Shown here piece by piece: positions 31,596 to 32,000 of a stretch of 32,000 nt of DNA. Made by a program: the position numbers and the translations under genes. Source of the stretch: Thermodesulfobacteriota bacterium (GTDB lineage: Bacteria; Desulfobacterota; WTBG01; JAGOGO01). Below the pieces are notes generated by a model, which saw nothing but the letters and a program-made list of their open reading frames with translations, had not been told where the DNA came from and searched no databases. Location: contig CP113000.1 of assembly GCA_026625185.1 (NCBI GenBank), positions 2,500,542 through 2,532,541 on the forward strand. Reading direction: 5' to 3'. Position 1 is the first letter of the stretch, and each line of letters starts with the position of its first letter.

Positions 31596-32000
31596 TTATC
31601 TCCGAAGACCGCCGCCGTGACTTCCTCCACGATACCCACCTCCACGGTTTCCACCAGAATACATCCTATGGGAGCCGCCACTGTACCCGTTTCCACGGTT
31701 TCCACCAGAATACATCCTATGGGAGCCGCCACTGTACCCGTTTCCACGGTTTCCACCAGAATACATCCTATGGGAGCCGCCACTGTACCCGTTTCCACGG
31801 TTTCCACCAGAATACATCCTATGGGAGCCGCCACTGTACCCGTTTCCACGGTTTCCACCAGAATACATCCTATGGGAGCCGCCACTGTACCCGTTTCCAC
31901 GGTTTCCACCAGAATACATCCTATGGGAGCCGCCACTGTAACCATTTCCGCGGTTCCCACCAGAATACATCCTATGGGAGCCGCCACTGTACCCGTTTCC
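31596..32000 (-). CDS. Repeat protein made of 17-aa Gly/Ser/Tyr/Arg/Asn-rich units (GGSHRMYSGGNRGNGYS)n; N-terminus outside the window; frame assignment tentative
   Basis: An open frame runs from the window edge to TAA at 31596-31598, 30 nt upstream of a strong minus-strand terminator. A second minus frame (stop at 31592) is equally open. I prefer the Gly-rich frame because it resembles low-complexity RGG/YGG tails such as the one on the RRM protein at 13213. Confidence 0.4.
   Translation of the reverse strand, partial: GNGYSGGSHRMYSGGNRGNGYSGGSHRMYSGGNRGNGYSGGSHRMYSGGNRGNGYSGGSHRMYSGGNRGNGYSGGSHRMYSGGNRGNGYSGGSHRMYSGGNRGNGYSGGSHRMYSGGNRGGGYRGGSHGGGLRR
31651..32000. repeat. 51-nt tandem repeat, at least 6.8 copies, continuing past the window edge
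   Basis: Units start at 31651, 31702, 31753, 31804, 31855, 31906 and 31957. The first five are identical by eye. The unit starting at 31906 carries several substitutions (ctgtaaccatttccgcggttccc). A degenerate unit precedes at about 31600-31650. Confidence 0.95.

Noticed and set aside
31592-31987. Alternative minus-strand frame of the 51-nt repeat, (VAAPIGCILVETVETGT)n, as the real product.
   Set aside because: I have not fully excluded it. I ranked it lower because the Gly/Tyr/Arg frame resembles known low-complexity protein tails. It is kept as an explicit uncertainty in the finding.

Overview
Bacterial chromosomal window of moderate GC content, probably from an uncultivated anaerobe. I found no rRNA, CRISPR array, cas gene, transposase or integrase. 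Coding layout by region follows. (1) 1-9341, minus strand: a Wzx/Wzy-type surface-glycan locus. It holds a Wzy-like membrane protein (truncated at the window edge), a GT1 glycosyltransferase, a Wzx-like flippase, a secreted beta-helix protein with a PTTTTTT-repeat tail, a hexapeptide acetyltransferase, an overlapping murA-murB pair and a PP-loop N-acetyl-sugar amidotransferase. (2) 9342-12800: a gene-poor, repeat-rich, decayed stretch. It has three copies of a 44-nt structured repeat, two of which bracket a PIN/UPF0175 toxin-antitoxin cassette with a near-consensus promoter and an apparently leaderless start. It also has a roughly 110-nt MITE-like element family, a glycosyltransferase-2 gene fragment, another orphan C-terminal gene fragment, and a tiny promoter-ORF-terminator unit. 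(3) 12829-15987: an RNA-binding trio (KH protein, RRM protein with a Gly/Arg tail, Tex). (4) 16123-24467: housekeeping or accessory enzymes (DUF1846/UPF0371, nitroreductase, O-methyltransferase, USP, MFS, LUD-domain protein, Zn-ADH, TIGR04076-like protein). (5) 24586-24961: a decayed DUF4197 pseudogene. (6) 25288-30996: cyanophycin synthetase followed by an ABC exporter with an extra N-terminal domain and a DUF1854 protein. This three-gene module is functionally uncharacterised. (7) 31307-32000: an orphan 3' half of tRNA-Val(TAC), broken exactly at the anticodon loop, which is a genomic-island junction signature. It is followed by a minus-strand gene built of perfect 51-nt tandem repeats that runs off the window. 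All functional calls rest on motif recognition by eye in the supplied translations; no database search was possible.
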